Assembly: GCF_000143415.4 (NCBI RefSeq)
Contig: NW_003314273.1
Coordinates: 568,074-632,073 of the forward strand
DNA from: Selaginella moellendorffii
Taxonomy: Eukaryota > Plantae > Lycopodiophyta
Direction of reading: 5' to 3'
Length of the DNA stretch: 64,000 nt
The position numbers and the translations under genes were made by a program. Below, in pieces: positions 10,374 to 22,919 of this stretch. How positions within the stretch are numbered: the first letter of the stretch is position 1; every line of letters begins with the position of its first letter. Under the pieces are notes generated by a model, which worked only from the letters and a program-made list of their open reading frames with translations, was not told the origin of the DNA and made no database searches.

Positions 10374-10777
10374 ATGGCGTCGCCTCAGCCCAAGCCCCCC
10401 GCCAGGCCCCAGCATGGTCCCGCCGCTGCTGTGCCGCCGCCAAAGAAGCCGGATGATTTCGCAGGGCGCCGAATCTCGCCCAAGATCGCCGCCGCCAGGG
10501 CCGCGGCCGAGGCTTTCCACAAGAAGCACTCGCCCAACGTTCTTCGCGAGCTCACAATCGGCCTGGCCTTAGGGTTCGCAGGTAACTGCCATGGTGATCT
10601 TGTTCTCTCTGGATTCTTCTTTCCCAATCGCGTCCACGCCACAATGTAGGTGGTGCCCTCTGGAAGATCTATCACCTCAACTGGAGGAGGCACTGCGAGG
10701 AGTTCTACGTTGGGCTGGACAAGGGGATCTACACCACGGTCGTTCGTCCTAAGACCAAACTCGCAGTAGAAGCTTGA
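10374..10777 (+). CDS. COX5C: Cytochrome c oxidase subunit 5C-like (exons 10374-10581, 10650-10777)
   Basis: The spliced product contains PNVLRELTIGLALGFAGGALWKIYHLNWRRHCEEFYVGLDKG, the plant COX5C pattern (PSVVKEI.IG..LG..AG.LWKMHHWN..FY..LEKG). Confidence 0.75.
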
Positions 10778-11121
10778 TCTGATATATCGGAGGTTAGCTT
10801 TTGTTTCTCTTAAATTCCAGTCTATATCTATGAACGTTTCGGAAATCTTGGAGAACTTTGAATTGTCTTTGTGGATCAAATTTAAGATTTGATCTTGTCA
10901 TTCCAATCTCTTGACTTGTCTTTGATTCTATCGTTCAAATGTCTTGACTTTGTCATTTTAATCTCTTGACTTGTTCTGGCTGGCATCTTTTTCAGATTTT
11001 TTAATTTTTTGTAACGCAAACGATGCCAGAGATATAGGAATTTAGAGCAGCTTTGAATTGCTTGATTTACAAACTTCTTCGCGTACGTTATAAGCAATGA
11101 AGAGAGATCCTCCAAATCTCT

Positions 11122-12646
<1,525 letters not shown>

Positions 12647-12824
12647 TCAGAGGATATTTCGATCGATCGAGCTCGTAGGTTGCGATCTTCGATCGAAATG
12701 TGGCCTACATTGGAGCGAATCGAGGCAAGAAGTCATACCTGGAGTGTCGAAAAACGCTTGGCGGCGAGGAAAGAACGGCTTGGCGCTTGGAAAAAGAGGG
12801 AAAGCCCTCGCAGCACCCACGCCC

Positions 12825-12832
12825 AATATATA
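12825..12832 (-). promoter_or_regulatory. TATA box upstream of beta-tubulin (near-symmetric ATATATAT)
   Basis: TATATATT on the minus strand, ~30 nt before a pyrimidine-rich leader. Confidence 0.55.
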
Positions 12833-12863
12833 TCAGGCCGGCTGGATTTAGCCGGATTGGTTT

Positions 12864-13123
12864 GAGGGATGGCGTCCGTCCATCGAATGTGATAGCGATG
12901 CTCACGTCCGGTGGAGAGGGAAAAAATATCCACTGGAATTTGAGGGCGGCGTGAGGTCCGGGCGGACGCTAGCCTGGTGGCAGGAATCGAACCTGCGATG
13001 TTTTGTCGTGTTTGCTCCCACCAAACTTCTCTTTTCCAATGGGAACGTGAGAGCAAACGCAGACACACAGGATAGGTGAGGTTTCACATCGATGTTGACA
13101 CACATGATATCTCTTCCTTTTTT
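12864..13123 (+). ncRNA. Candidate structured non-coding RNA of unknown family
   Basis: Six or seven nested helices with G-U wobbles almost all on the + strand, a closing stem, and a 3' T6 run (see findings). Confidence 0.4.
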
Positions 13124-14868
13124 AAGTTTTTTCTACTCTGATTTTCAGATCACGGGGAGCTCTCGGGGACGAATTCTAGCGCTTTTATTTTCTTTGATTC
13201 AACGCTTGGCTTGCTTGTGATTTCAATGTAGGAGGGACATTACGATCATCAAATTGCACTTGAACTTTTCAAAACTTGATCCCATTGTGGTTTAAAACTT
13301 CCTTGCATGTGAGAGGTTGGGAGGTTGGGATTATTTGGGAGAGAGAAATGGAATGGATGACAGTGGAAACGAACCTGGAATTTGCTGTAATTGGCTCATC
13401 CTGTAAAAGGAACATGTATTGTTGTAGCAACTCTCAATACAAAAGAAACGGAAGATCACAAAAAGGACAATTTACATGCAAATGAAAAATTCAAATCAGA
13501 ACTATTTAAGCATGGCACTATCAAGTTGAAGATATGATTTTATATAATCTGGTGTTCTATACAGTAAAATAATTGTATTATACAGAATTTTTTTTCTGAA
13601 AGATAGAAAAAACCACTTATTTTTTCTGAAATAATTTATTAAATTATTTTAGCCAAACCTATCTCTGTTGAAGGACTTAGTAACTAATTTATAAATATAT
13701 TATTTTTTCCATACTGTGATCGTTATATTATAAATCTAATTGTTCCATTTATTTTTATATCAATTTTTATTAAAACGTTAAAATTTATTTCTTTAAATAC
13801 AATTATCTTCATTATTATAAAATTATATATTTTAGTATATCTCGTTCAAATGCAATCTTCATCACAATCACACAAAGAAAAAACTTTAGTTTAAATTATT
13901 TTTCATTAATAGTGAAATAAATTGTAAAATTAAGCAATTGATAAACATCATTTTGTAAATCCTTAGTTAACATGAAAAATAAGTTTGTAATATTTTTATA
14001 TTTTTATTTATATTTTAATATCTCTCACCATATTCTCATTACCTTTTTTTTTTCTGAAGTATTGATCATTATTTACATTACAACTTTAAAATGCATTAAT
14101 TTTTTAATTGAAATAAAACATTCAAAATTGTAAAAATGTTTTAAATACTTTAAATTTATAAAAAAGTATTTTTAATGAATGTAAACATTATATTTGTTTC
14201 CTGCATCGTAACTATGGCTTTGAACAGAAGCTATCAATTGCTACGCAATTCAGGTAAGTTGTTAGTTAAAAAATTATAAATAAGTGTTTAATTTTGTTCA
14301 CTTCAACAAAATATATTTCATCTATTATGAACACATATTAAATGTAAGTTTCAACTTAATTATTATAAATTTTATTTTAATTAACTTAAAGGTGGGGATT
14401 TGAGTGTGACATATTAGATCTTAAGTATTATTAAAATTTATTATAAGATTATAATATACTTTATATTTATTTTCTTGGGGATTTATTTATTTTTCACTGT
14501 GATGGTAAAAGTAAAAGGTTTGATATCCTTCAAATCTTTTAATTATATATTATTTTGATTAAATTCACAATATCAAATAAAATGACAATATGAAAATTGT
14601 TATATTAGAAATATTTTTACTAAAATAGTAAAAACTACTTTTTTATTGAATTGATATAACCATTTTATTATTATTCTTTTTTATACATTTATATATAATC
14701 AGGTAATAAAATATTTTGTTTTACCTTGTGCTAAGTTTGCACATTAATAATTAAATAAATAATTTTTTATCGGTTAAAGTGTATTAATGTTGCACAATTT
14801 TTACTTTAAAATACATTAATGAAATAAAAATTCTAAAATCTCGAGGTTTAGGGTTTTAGGTCCCAAGA

Positions 14869-17036
14869 ATGTGGGCGAGAGCCCTTTGCCTGGCGATCGA
14901 TGGAAATGCGGGGCTAGGCCGCAGGTTCTCCTGCTCCACGCGCATACACGCTTATGCCCAGGTACTCTCCGAATGAATTATTTGTAACCTTTGGATGTTC
15001 TAGAACTTAGGTAGTTCGCGAACGCATCTAGAGTTTATGTCATGGCTAAGAAGCCGCGGCGAAGATATGAACAGCATTGCTGTCGCCATTGGGATGTCTA
15101 AACACGGGAGGTATGGAGAAGAAGACTATCGTTTTCTTTTTGCCTGCTTCTTTTGCCTCGATTTTGTTTTCGTGCAGGGCTTTGTTCGCTCATCGACCAA
15201 TGTGTGCCGGCGAATGCATGATCAAGTTCTCACAAGATCTGGTATGTCGCTCTTTCACGAGAGATAACAGTAGCTCTTGCGCTCCTGGAATATACAAGTG
15301 TTTTTAACTCCAAAGGCAGGTGCTTACTCCTGAAAAACTTCCCTGCGAAGTGATTGCCTTGTTGGATCAAGCAAACGAGTTTACGCGGGTCTCACTTCTT
15401 GTCATGGCCGAGAAACGCAAAGGCCAGGTAATTGGTTCCTCCTTTCTTTTTCTTCTCTCTCTTCTACTTTCTTATCGTTAAGAAATCTCCGTGAAGAACT
15501 CGGCGTGGGCACCTTACATCGAATGTCTACCGTCCTTCGGTGAAATTCACAGCACTGTAAGTCCCGCTGCTGCTTGCAAATTCGTTAAACTTGGAAGTGA
15601 ATGCATAGATCTTCTGGGACCCGAAAGAGTTGGCTTGCCTCGAATGCAGTCCTATACATCGTGGGACGGGCGAGAGAAACGCCCTCTTACAATCGGAGTA
15701 CAGGGAAGTGAAAAAAGTAAGATAGTTTTCTCTAGTCTTGTCTGCGTTTTTCATCTTATACTACCAGGTTGTAGAGTCTTGTCCGCATTTATACGATCCA
15801 GATGTGTCGCTTGAACAGTTCAAGCACGAGTATGCAACAGGTTAGCTTCTCGAGCTAGATGATTTTCTTCCGTGATATTTTTTCTGTTCGTCTTGCAGTT
15901 TCTTCTCGCGCTTGGGGTCAAGGGCCTCACAGTGACATGACAATGGTATCTAAATCTTTCCTTCGAGCATGGACTGAAAGTTATCACGTTTTTTTGCAGA
16001 TTCCTCTTGTCGATTTTGCCAATCACGATCCGCGGTCCCGGACACTTTTTTCTCACGCAGACGACAATTGTACAGTAGTAAGGCTCTTCATTCTTTTGGT
16101 GTTCCTTACCTCATATATCCTTGTGGTGTGTCGCAGGTCGTAGCATCTCGAGACTACCAAACTGGAGACGAAGTAAGTGTAACTTAAGACACACATATTT
16201 TTCCGGGCTAAGAGAACTTCCACCTCAAGGTTCACATTTGTTATGGTGACCATTCTAACGCAGTTTTAGCACTGGACTACGGCTTTGTTGTTCCCGACAA
16301 TCCTTTCGACGAGGTTTTCCTGCTTCGATTTCTTGAAACCAGCTCATATATCTTTGCTTCGTTACAGGCTGAGATCTTCCTGGAGATCCCATCTGAAGAC
16401 CCTCTTCGCGAGATCAAACTCCAGTACATGGCGCAAAACAACATGAACACATTGCAGGATTCGAATGGCACTCAAACCGGTGGACGGCCGTTCACTATAA
16501 TGTAGGGTAGTAAGCATTTGCAAGGTTTCTCCGAGTCACTCTAGTGGATTTTTTTCGAACAGGGAGGTGACCAGCCGAGGCGGGAAAGAAGTGGTAGTTC
16601 CTTCCGCTGCGCGTGCGTTCGCTCGGATCATCACGTCGGATTCTTTGGCTGGTAAATGTCGCTGGAGCGTTTTCTCTCTTTTACATCTCTTGTTTTGCGC
16701 ACTAGACTTGGAGGAGCTAAACAGAGAATCGGAAGTTTATGGCGTTGTGCCCTTCGCATCCCGGCCAAGGCATGACAGAAGAAAAGAGCAGCGAGCTACG
16801 AACCTACTTCTCGCTCTCATTGAGGCTCACGCGGATGAGCACAAAAGAGCAATCCAGGCAAGTTTCTTACGTTCAAGTCTCTAGTTTTTCTTACTGGATT
16901 TCTTTCCTAGAGCCTGGAAGCTACTGCTTTGAGACCAGAGCGCCGGTACATTGCCGAGTGTGTGTTACAAGGCGAGCTTTCTTTGCTATTGAAGGCCTCC
17001 ACCTCAGAGATCCAGAGGTATGGAAACGATTATTGA
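14869..17036 (+). CDS. SET-domain protein-lysine methyltransferase, Rubisco-LSMT-like (many short exons)
   Basis: Spliced motifs GRALFA, SAWAPYIECLP, VSSRAW, MIPLVDFANHD, GDEVHICYG..SNAVLALDYGFVVPDNPFD, plus a C-terminal LSMT substrate-binding-like region. One intron is GC-AG (~16858). Confidence 0.88.
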
Positions 17037-17277
17037 GGCAATTTATTCATTTGGTTACAATTTTTGTTTGAGCGCTTGTTTGTGGTGGTGTTGCAAGAAA
17101 GATCGTCTTAAAACTCGTCCAGTGTTATTCTCTTTTGCCGGATCATTGTCGATCATCTTTTTGATGAGGCCCTGGAAAATAGATTTTGCGCGAGCATGAA
17201 ATGCATAGCACATCGTTCTTGACAAGTGAAACAAACCATTACTCTTTTAGATAGGAAGAAATATGAATTGGTAAAGC

Positions 17278-20241
17278 TCACAAGTTGGTAAATCTCAGGC
17301 AAACCCGCGTGTTTGGCGGATAGACGTAGTCCGGGTGATTGAACGGAATGTCTAGCTCGATCTTGTTCCCGGCCAGCCACTCGGCAAACAAGTCCCCTCG
17401 GCTCTCGAGCCTGGCGTAGACGAGATCCGTCCGGAACGGCGAGTCGAGCTCCTCGAGCGCGCTCCTCACCGCCAGCGCGCTCCTCGTCTCCCTGTGCTTG
17501 CCAAACCCCGTCACCACCGTCGCCATGGCCGGCCTCCTCGCCGGCTCCTTGCGGAGCTTGTCCCTGCTGATGAGCAATCCCTGCTTGAGCCCCACAAGCG
17601 CCGTGCCTTCGTCCATGTCCACCAGCCATATGAACCAGTGATCGTTCGCGTTCTCCCACAGGTTCCTCCGGAAGAGCCGGGTGGCGGCCGCCGCCGCGAA
17701 GATCTCGTGCGCCTCCGCCTCGTAGCCATACGTCTGGAGGTAGTGGACGAGCGCGTCCGCGAACTTGGACGCCCACCCCGACCTCTCCAGCCTCAGGCTG
17801 TCGAAGAAACGCTGTGACACCCTCCGGAGCTGCTGGAGCGGGACTTTGCCTCCCAGGACGTCTTCCAGAAACTTATCCGCCGGGTGCCCAGTCTTGCGCA
17901 TGTAATCCCGCAAGAGATCCACGTACTCCTTGCAGCACTCGCAGTAATAGTTGAAGAGGTACGTGTAAGTTTGTAGAGTCGCCTTGACACCCCACCCCGG
18001 CATCGCGTCGAGAATGGCTGCCACTGGCTCCAAGTCGAGTGCTTTGATGTAAGCGTCGATGAGAGCGTTGCACATCTCGGGACTGGGAGTAATCCCCCGG
18101 CTCCTGGCCTTGTCGAACCATTTCTTCGCATCAGGAGCACACCCCTGCCTGGCCCAAGCGCTGATGATCGTGCAGTATGAGAACTTGTCCGGGACCAGGC
18201 CGGCCTTTTCGATGTCCTCCACGGCCCACTCCGCCTCCCGGCAGCGACCGGCAAGGCCGAAGAAGAGAATAGCGTTGTTGTAGACGTATAAGTCCGGCGG
18301 CAAGTTGGAGTTGAGATACTCGCAGTAGATCTTCTCGGCGAGCATGAAGTTGAGCGACTTTGCGTACATGTTGAGGACGATTGCGTAAGTCACCGTCGAG
18401 GGACGGATGCCGCAAACTTTCATGTAGTCGAGAGCCTCGTCGGCCAGGCCCAAGTCTTTCCACTTGCTGAAGTTGGCGATCATGCTGTTAAAGACGTACT
18501 CGTCGGGCTTGAGCTTCCTGGACTGTAGCTCGAGGAAGAGCTTCCTCACTTCGCTCACTCGCCCGGCTTTCCCCAGCAAGTCGATGAGAAGAGCATACGT
18601 GCAAACGTCCGGCTCGAAGCCAAAGTCCGGAAATTCCCTGAACAAGTCCATGGCGTCGTCCACCCGATTTGCACAGCCGTAGCACTTTATCATGTTGTTC
18701 ACCGTGACGAGATCCGGCTTGAGGCCCTTCTCACGCATCTCGTCGAATAGTTTTCGACCCTGTGTGTAGTTCCCGCAAGTTCCCAGCACCCGGATCATCA
18801 TCGAGTAGTTCATCGCATCGTGCTTGAAGAAAGGGACCGACTTGGCCCATGTAAAAAACTCGAGAGCCACCCGCCAGTCTCTGACTCGCTTGAGCACCTC
18901 GCACACCTGGTAAGGAAGAATCTTGGCGTGCTTGAACTTCTCCAGTGTCGCTACTTTGTCTTTGTCCCAAGGTCCTCCAGCGTTGAGGATCTCGGACAAG
19001 CTCGCAACGATCACTGCTCCACGCCCAGGAATAAGCGGAGGAACCTCGTAAGTTGGCTTGACGACCGCCAGCTGAGTGGTAGTACCACCACTCTCCACGG
19101 CTTCTACCAGCGACGGTGAAGAAGCTTGTACCTCGCTAGGATGATCCTCAAACCGTGGAACCAGCTTCTCGACGTATCTCTGGAACCTGTCAAACCGCCG
19201 GTCCTCTCGAGCTGACAATTCTTCCTCCGTCCTTGGAGCTTTTTGTCTCGCTCCTTCGTCCTGTTCCTCTTCTACCCCTTCTTCTTCTCCCTCCTCCAAG
19301 CCACTCTCTTGCTGATGATCTTCACTGCGACTTGGATTGTCCATCTCCTCCGGCAGCACTCCGGTGTATACAGCATTCAAGTTCCTGGGTCGCTTCACCC
19401 ACAGAGAATGGAAAGGTGGCGGCTGTATCCTCTTGGGCTTCTTCCTCCTCAATCGCTTCAAAATCTCTGGCGATCGCCAGGGGACCCTCTCCTCCTCGTC
19501 ATCCGACTCTGGCAAGCCTTGCACCCGCCGGCTATATCTCTTCTCCACCTCACTCATATTCTCGGCCACCTTCACAGCCTGCTTCTCCCTCTTCTCCTCC
19601 TTGTAGAGCTCCATAAGAATGTAGTCGCGCTGCCAGCGGCGGAGCTTATCGGGGGCCTCGCGGCTCCACTTGTGTCTCGCGTTCTCGGCCTCCACGACGC
19701 TCACGTCGTGCCGGATCGTCGCCATGAGCCTCGCGTGTTCTTCCAGCTTCTGCTGCCGCGTCCGGTATGGGAATGGCATGTTGGCGGAGATGAGGCAATT
19801 GTCACGCTCGGTCGGCCCTCCAGGCATCGCTCGCGTGCTGATCATCCGCAGCTCACCCAATCCTTGCTCCTCCAGGAGCTCCGCCGCCGGCATTGCCTGC
19901 CACTGGTAGATCGGCGGCTCCCCACCTAGCTCTCGCTTGCGCCGCAGCTCGTGATGGCCCCCCGCCCTCTTCCACTTCCTCTTCTCCGCCTTGGTCATCC
20001 TCTTCCTCGTCGTGTCCACCGTCTCCGGGAACTCTTGGCGGGCCTCTTGCTGCCGCCGCGCTCGCCTCGCGGCCAGATGCTCCCGCCGCCGCCGCTCGAT
20101 CAAGGATTCCTGCGGCTGCTGCTGCTGCTCCGACGCCGGCCATTCCCGGGGCGATCGCGCTGCCGAGTCGTGGAGGAACTGGCAGCGAGAAATCCTGGAG
20201 CGTACCTGGCGGCTCGAAATTTCCCTCAGCCATACCCACAT
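17278..20241 (-). CDS. P-class PPR protein with C-terminal SMR-like domain
   Basis: About 9-10 P-type PPR repeats after ALEFFTWAK..FKHD, and a C-terminal WFIWLVDMDEGTALVGL..VVTGFGKH..AVRSAL (Smr motif). Likely ATG at 20241. Confidence 0.88.
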   Translation of the reverse strand: MWVWLREISSRQVRSRISRCQFLHDSAARSPREWPASEQQQQPQESLIERRRREHLAARRARRQQEARQEFPETVDTTRKRMTKAEKRKWKRAGGHHELRRKRELGGEPPIYQWQAMPAAELLEEQGLGELRMISTRAMPGGPTERDNCLISANMPFPYRTRQQKLEEHARLMATIRHDVSVVEAENARHKWSREAPDKLRRWQRDYILMELYKEEKREKQAVKVAENMSEVEKRYSRRVQGLPESDDEEERVPWRSPEILKRLRRKKPKRIQPPPFHSLWVKRPRNLNAVYTGVLPEEMDNPSRSEDHQQESGLEEGEEEGVEEEQDEGARQKAPRTEEELSAREDRRFDRFQRYVEKLVPRFEDHPSEVQASSPSLVEAVESGGTTTQLAVVKPTYEVPPLIPGRGAVIVASLSEILNAGGPWDKDKVATLEKFKHAKILPYQVCEVLKRVRDWRVALEFFTWAKSVPFFKHDAMNYSMMIRVLGTCGNYTQGRKLFDEMREKGLKPDLVTVNNMIKCYGCANRVDDAMDLFREFPDFGFEPDVCTYALLIDLLGKAGRVSEVRKLFLELQSRKLKPDEYVFNSMIANFSKWKDLGLADEALDYMKVCGIRPSTVTYAIVLNMYAKSLNFMLAEKIYCEYLNSNLPPDLYVYNNAILFFGLAGRCREAEWAVEDIEKAGLVPDKFSYCTIISAWARQGCAPDAKKWFDKARSRGITPSPEMCNALIDAYIKALDLEPVAAILDAMPGWGVKATLQTYTYLFNYYCECCKEYVDLLRDYMRKTGHPADKFLEDVLGGKVPLQQLRRVSQRFFDSLRLERSGWASKFADALVHYLQTYGYEAEAHEIFAAAAATRLFRRNLWENANDHWFIWLVDMDEGTALVGLKQGLLISRDKLRKEPARRPAMATVVTGFGKHRETRSALAVRSALEELDSPFRTDLVYARLESRGDLFAEWLAGNKIELDIPFNHPDYVYPPNTRVCLRFTNL

Positions 20242-20538
20242 CCCACATTCTCGCTCAAACCCTAAATTCTGGAATATGCTCCATTTACATATTGTCACCT
20301 TTATAATCTAATCTTCAGTTTAGGACACGTTGCCCTAAACTACCGGGAACTTCTAAACCCTAATCTCTCTCCTCTATTCTTCCCAAAAACTGGATCACGC
20401 AGCGCAAAGTCTCAAGCAGTCGTTTTTGTTGAGGTCCAAGCGTCTTAAAGAGGAGCTCGAGGTCTTCATCTGGGTCTTCGAGCCTGCTCTTTTGATCGAA
20501 GGGCCAACAATCGTTCTTCCGTTCTTTGATAGCTTTTG

Positions 20539-21791
20539 TCAGGCCCACTTGTTGGTTTGCCGGAGACGCCTCTTGGTTCCACTCTTGCCAGGAACTCCTC
20601 GCTTGCTCTTGCATTTGCCGTAGAAGAGCGTGTTCCCTCCTCCAGCCATGTTGAGCCTGGGCGTCACAAACCTCTTCTTCTTCTTCCCTCTGCTATCTTC
20701 TTCTTCTCTTTCGCTGTGCTCGGATGGTTCTTCGTCAATCGCGGCATCGGCACTAGCGGCGGCAGCGGCAGCCTCAGCCTCTTGGATCACAATCGGCTTG
20801 GTCTGCGCGAGGCCTCGCCGCGAAGCCATGCGAGAGACGTAGGCATGGAGGACCTCCTTGTGGAGCTCCGGGGGGACGTTACCACACTGGAGCTTGAAGA
20901 GGAACCTGTTCATGGTCTGGAGCTCCCGCTTCCAGTAGAGGCAGAGATCGTTCTCGAGCTTGTGGTCGGGCTTGTTGAGGAGGTATTCGTCCAGCCCCCC
21001 GGCCTTGTCGATGCAGCGGAGGGCGTGGGTGGTGACGTGCACGCGGATGAATCTGTCAAGGCTGAAGCTGTAGAGACGCTTGAGCCGAACGTTGGGTTTC
21101 CATGTCCGCCGAGTCCTGCGAAGGTAGAAAAGTTTGAGATCATCAGCCTTTGTGAGAAATATGAAAGAGCTACAATCGGAATGACTAGCACTGATGCAAA
21201 CAATCGTCAAAGGCAAGGCAAACAAAAGCTCGATCAATTTAGAGCTGATGGTTCTGCTAATGCAAGCTAGGACGCTTTTTCTTTGTTTCTATGCTTGGGA
21301 ACGACGATCAGGTAACACAATAAGTGAGACAAAAAATACTCTTTTGATCGTCAAAAAAGCTTTTGGAAATCCTCCGAGCATCAAAACCAATTAACTATCA
21401 ATGCACACTAGCACAAATTCAGCCAGAAAGCAGAAAAAAGAAGGGACAAGAACACAATGCCAAAACTTCCAAAAGCTCGTCAGGAAATCCTTTAGAAATC
21501 TTCCTAGCAAACCAAAGACCAATCTTTACTGGAAGCTTACAGTAATGCACAAGAAGAAAAAAGAAGACCAAGAACACAATGCAGGCTTGATACTTACTTG
21601 TTACCCCCCTTCTCGCTCACTTTGTTCCCAAACTGGATGTGGCGACCAGCGAAAATGCCACGCTTGGCCCGGCCCATGATGATCTTCTCGCCATTCAGCA
21701 CAACCCTGGCCCTGTTACTCTTCATCCGGTTGCGGCACATCTTCTCCGCCGCCTTGAGCAGCTGATCCTTCCAAAATCCCGATCTCGGCAT
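20539..21791 (-). CDS. Mitochondrial ribosomal protein bL28 with long C-terminal extension (2 exons)
   Basis: RAKRGIFAGRHIQFGNKVSEKGGNK|TRRTWKPNVRLKRLYSFSLDRFIRVHVTTHALRCIDKAGGLDEYLL. Confidence 0.92.
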
Positions 21792-21805
21792 CGCGTCGTC
21801 GCATA

Positions 21806-21813
21806 AACCCTAG
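21806..21813 (+). promoter_or_regulatory. Telo-box (AAACCCTA) in the bL28/EMC8 divergent gap; similar boxes at ~2376, 14849, 20257, 20355, 48365 and 55800
   Basis: AAACCCTA/TAGGGTT(T) motifs recur next to start codons. The telo-box is an established plant cis-element. Confidence 0.6.
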
Positions 21814-21858
21814 AAATATTTTGACAAGAAATTTAGGGCTCTTCCCATCTGGTCGAGA

Positions 21859-22721
21859 ATGAAGTACCAGATCTCCCAGACGGCCTACGTCAAGCTTGCG
21901 CTCCACGCCCTCAAGCACAGATCAGCAGCTGTGAATGGGATTCTAGTCGGCAGAGTAAGCGGCGGGGGCGGCGGCGGAGGGGCGGAGGAGGATTCCGCCT
22001 CTACCGTCTCGATTGTGGACTGTGTGCCCCTCTTTCACGGCCAGTTGGGTTTGCTTCCCATGCTAGAGCTTGCTTTGACACAGGTAAGCGATTCTTCCTC
22101 CAGAAAGAATGGTTTTTTTCTACTTTTGATCCTAGATCGAAGAGTATTTTTCCTCCCATCAAGAGGGCCTTAGCATTGTTGGATGCTACCATGCGAATGA
22201 GCGATTTGACGACTACGATCTGAGTGGAATCCCTCGAAAGATTGGCGATCACATTGCTCGCTATTTCTCCTCGGCTTGCGTCCTTCTGGTGAGGCTATGA
22301 TCCTTTGTTTTTCCTTCTGCTTCGTGCTAGAAATTTTCTAACTTCTCTTCAGCTAGACAACAGGTTGCTAGAGTCGCTCGCTAAAGCCGGAAAAAAACCG
22401 GCTGTCCAGGCAAGTTTCGTCGATCCTTGTCATGTCCCTCTTTGGCTTTGAGCTGAGATTGAAGAGTTCTCACAGCTTTTTACACGCGATTCCTCTCGAG
22501 GATGGCGCTCGGCACCAGGAAGCAGTGATCTCGTCCTCGCCGAATCCACCGCGAACGAGATTCTCTACGATTACATCCTGGAAGGGAGGGAGCAAAGTGT
22601 CACAGACTTTGACGATCATTTGGACGATATAAGCAAGTAAGACGAGATGGTTTCATTTGTAGCTATCAAAATTCTTACAAATTTTTTCAGGGATTGGTTG
22701 AACCCAGGCTTGTTCGATTGA
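21859..22721 (+). CDS. EMC8: ER membrane protein complex subunit 8/9 (UPF0172)
   Basis: YVKLALHALKH..AVNGILVG..DCVPLFHG..LLPMLELAL, IVGCYHANER, DFDDHLDDISKDWLNPGLF*. One intron is GC-AG (~22410). Confidence 0.92.
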
Positions 22722-22919
22722 TCAGCAAAAGTACTACAAATTTATAAATGGCCCATAAGAAAAACTCCTTGTTGCGTTGTCAACGCTCGGTCAATGTGGT
22801 CAATGAGGTCAACATTTTTCTTGCATGAGATAGTCCGCCAGCAGACTATAGGCCGCGGACCGTGGACCGTGGACTCTCCCTAATAGTGTTGGGTGACAAA
22901 GAAGCACGCAGCCCTGGCG

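Noticed and set aside
12864-13123. Telomerase RNA, SRP RNA, RNase MRP or snRNA identity for the structured element
   Set aside because: No CTAAACCCT template, SRP helix-8 motif, GGAAAGTCCCC or snRNA signature, and no clear USE at the expected spacing.
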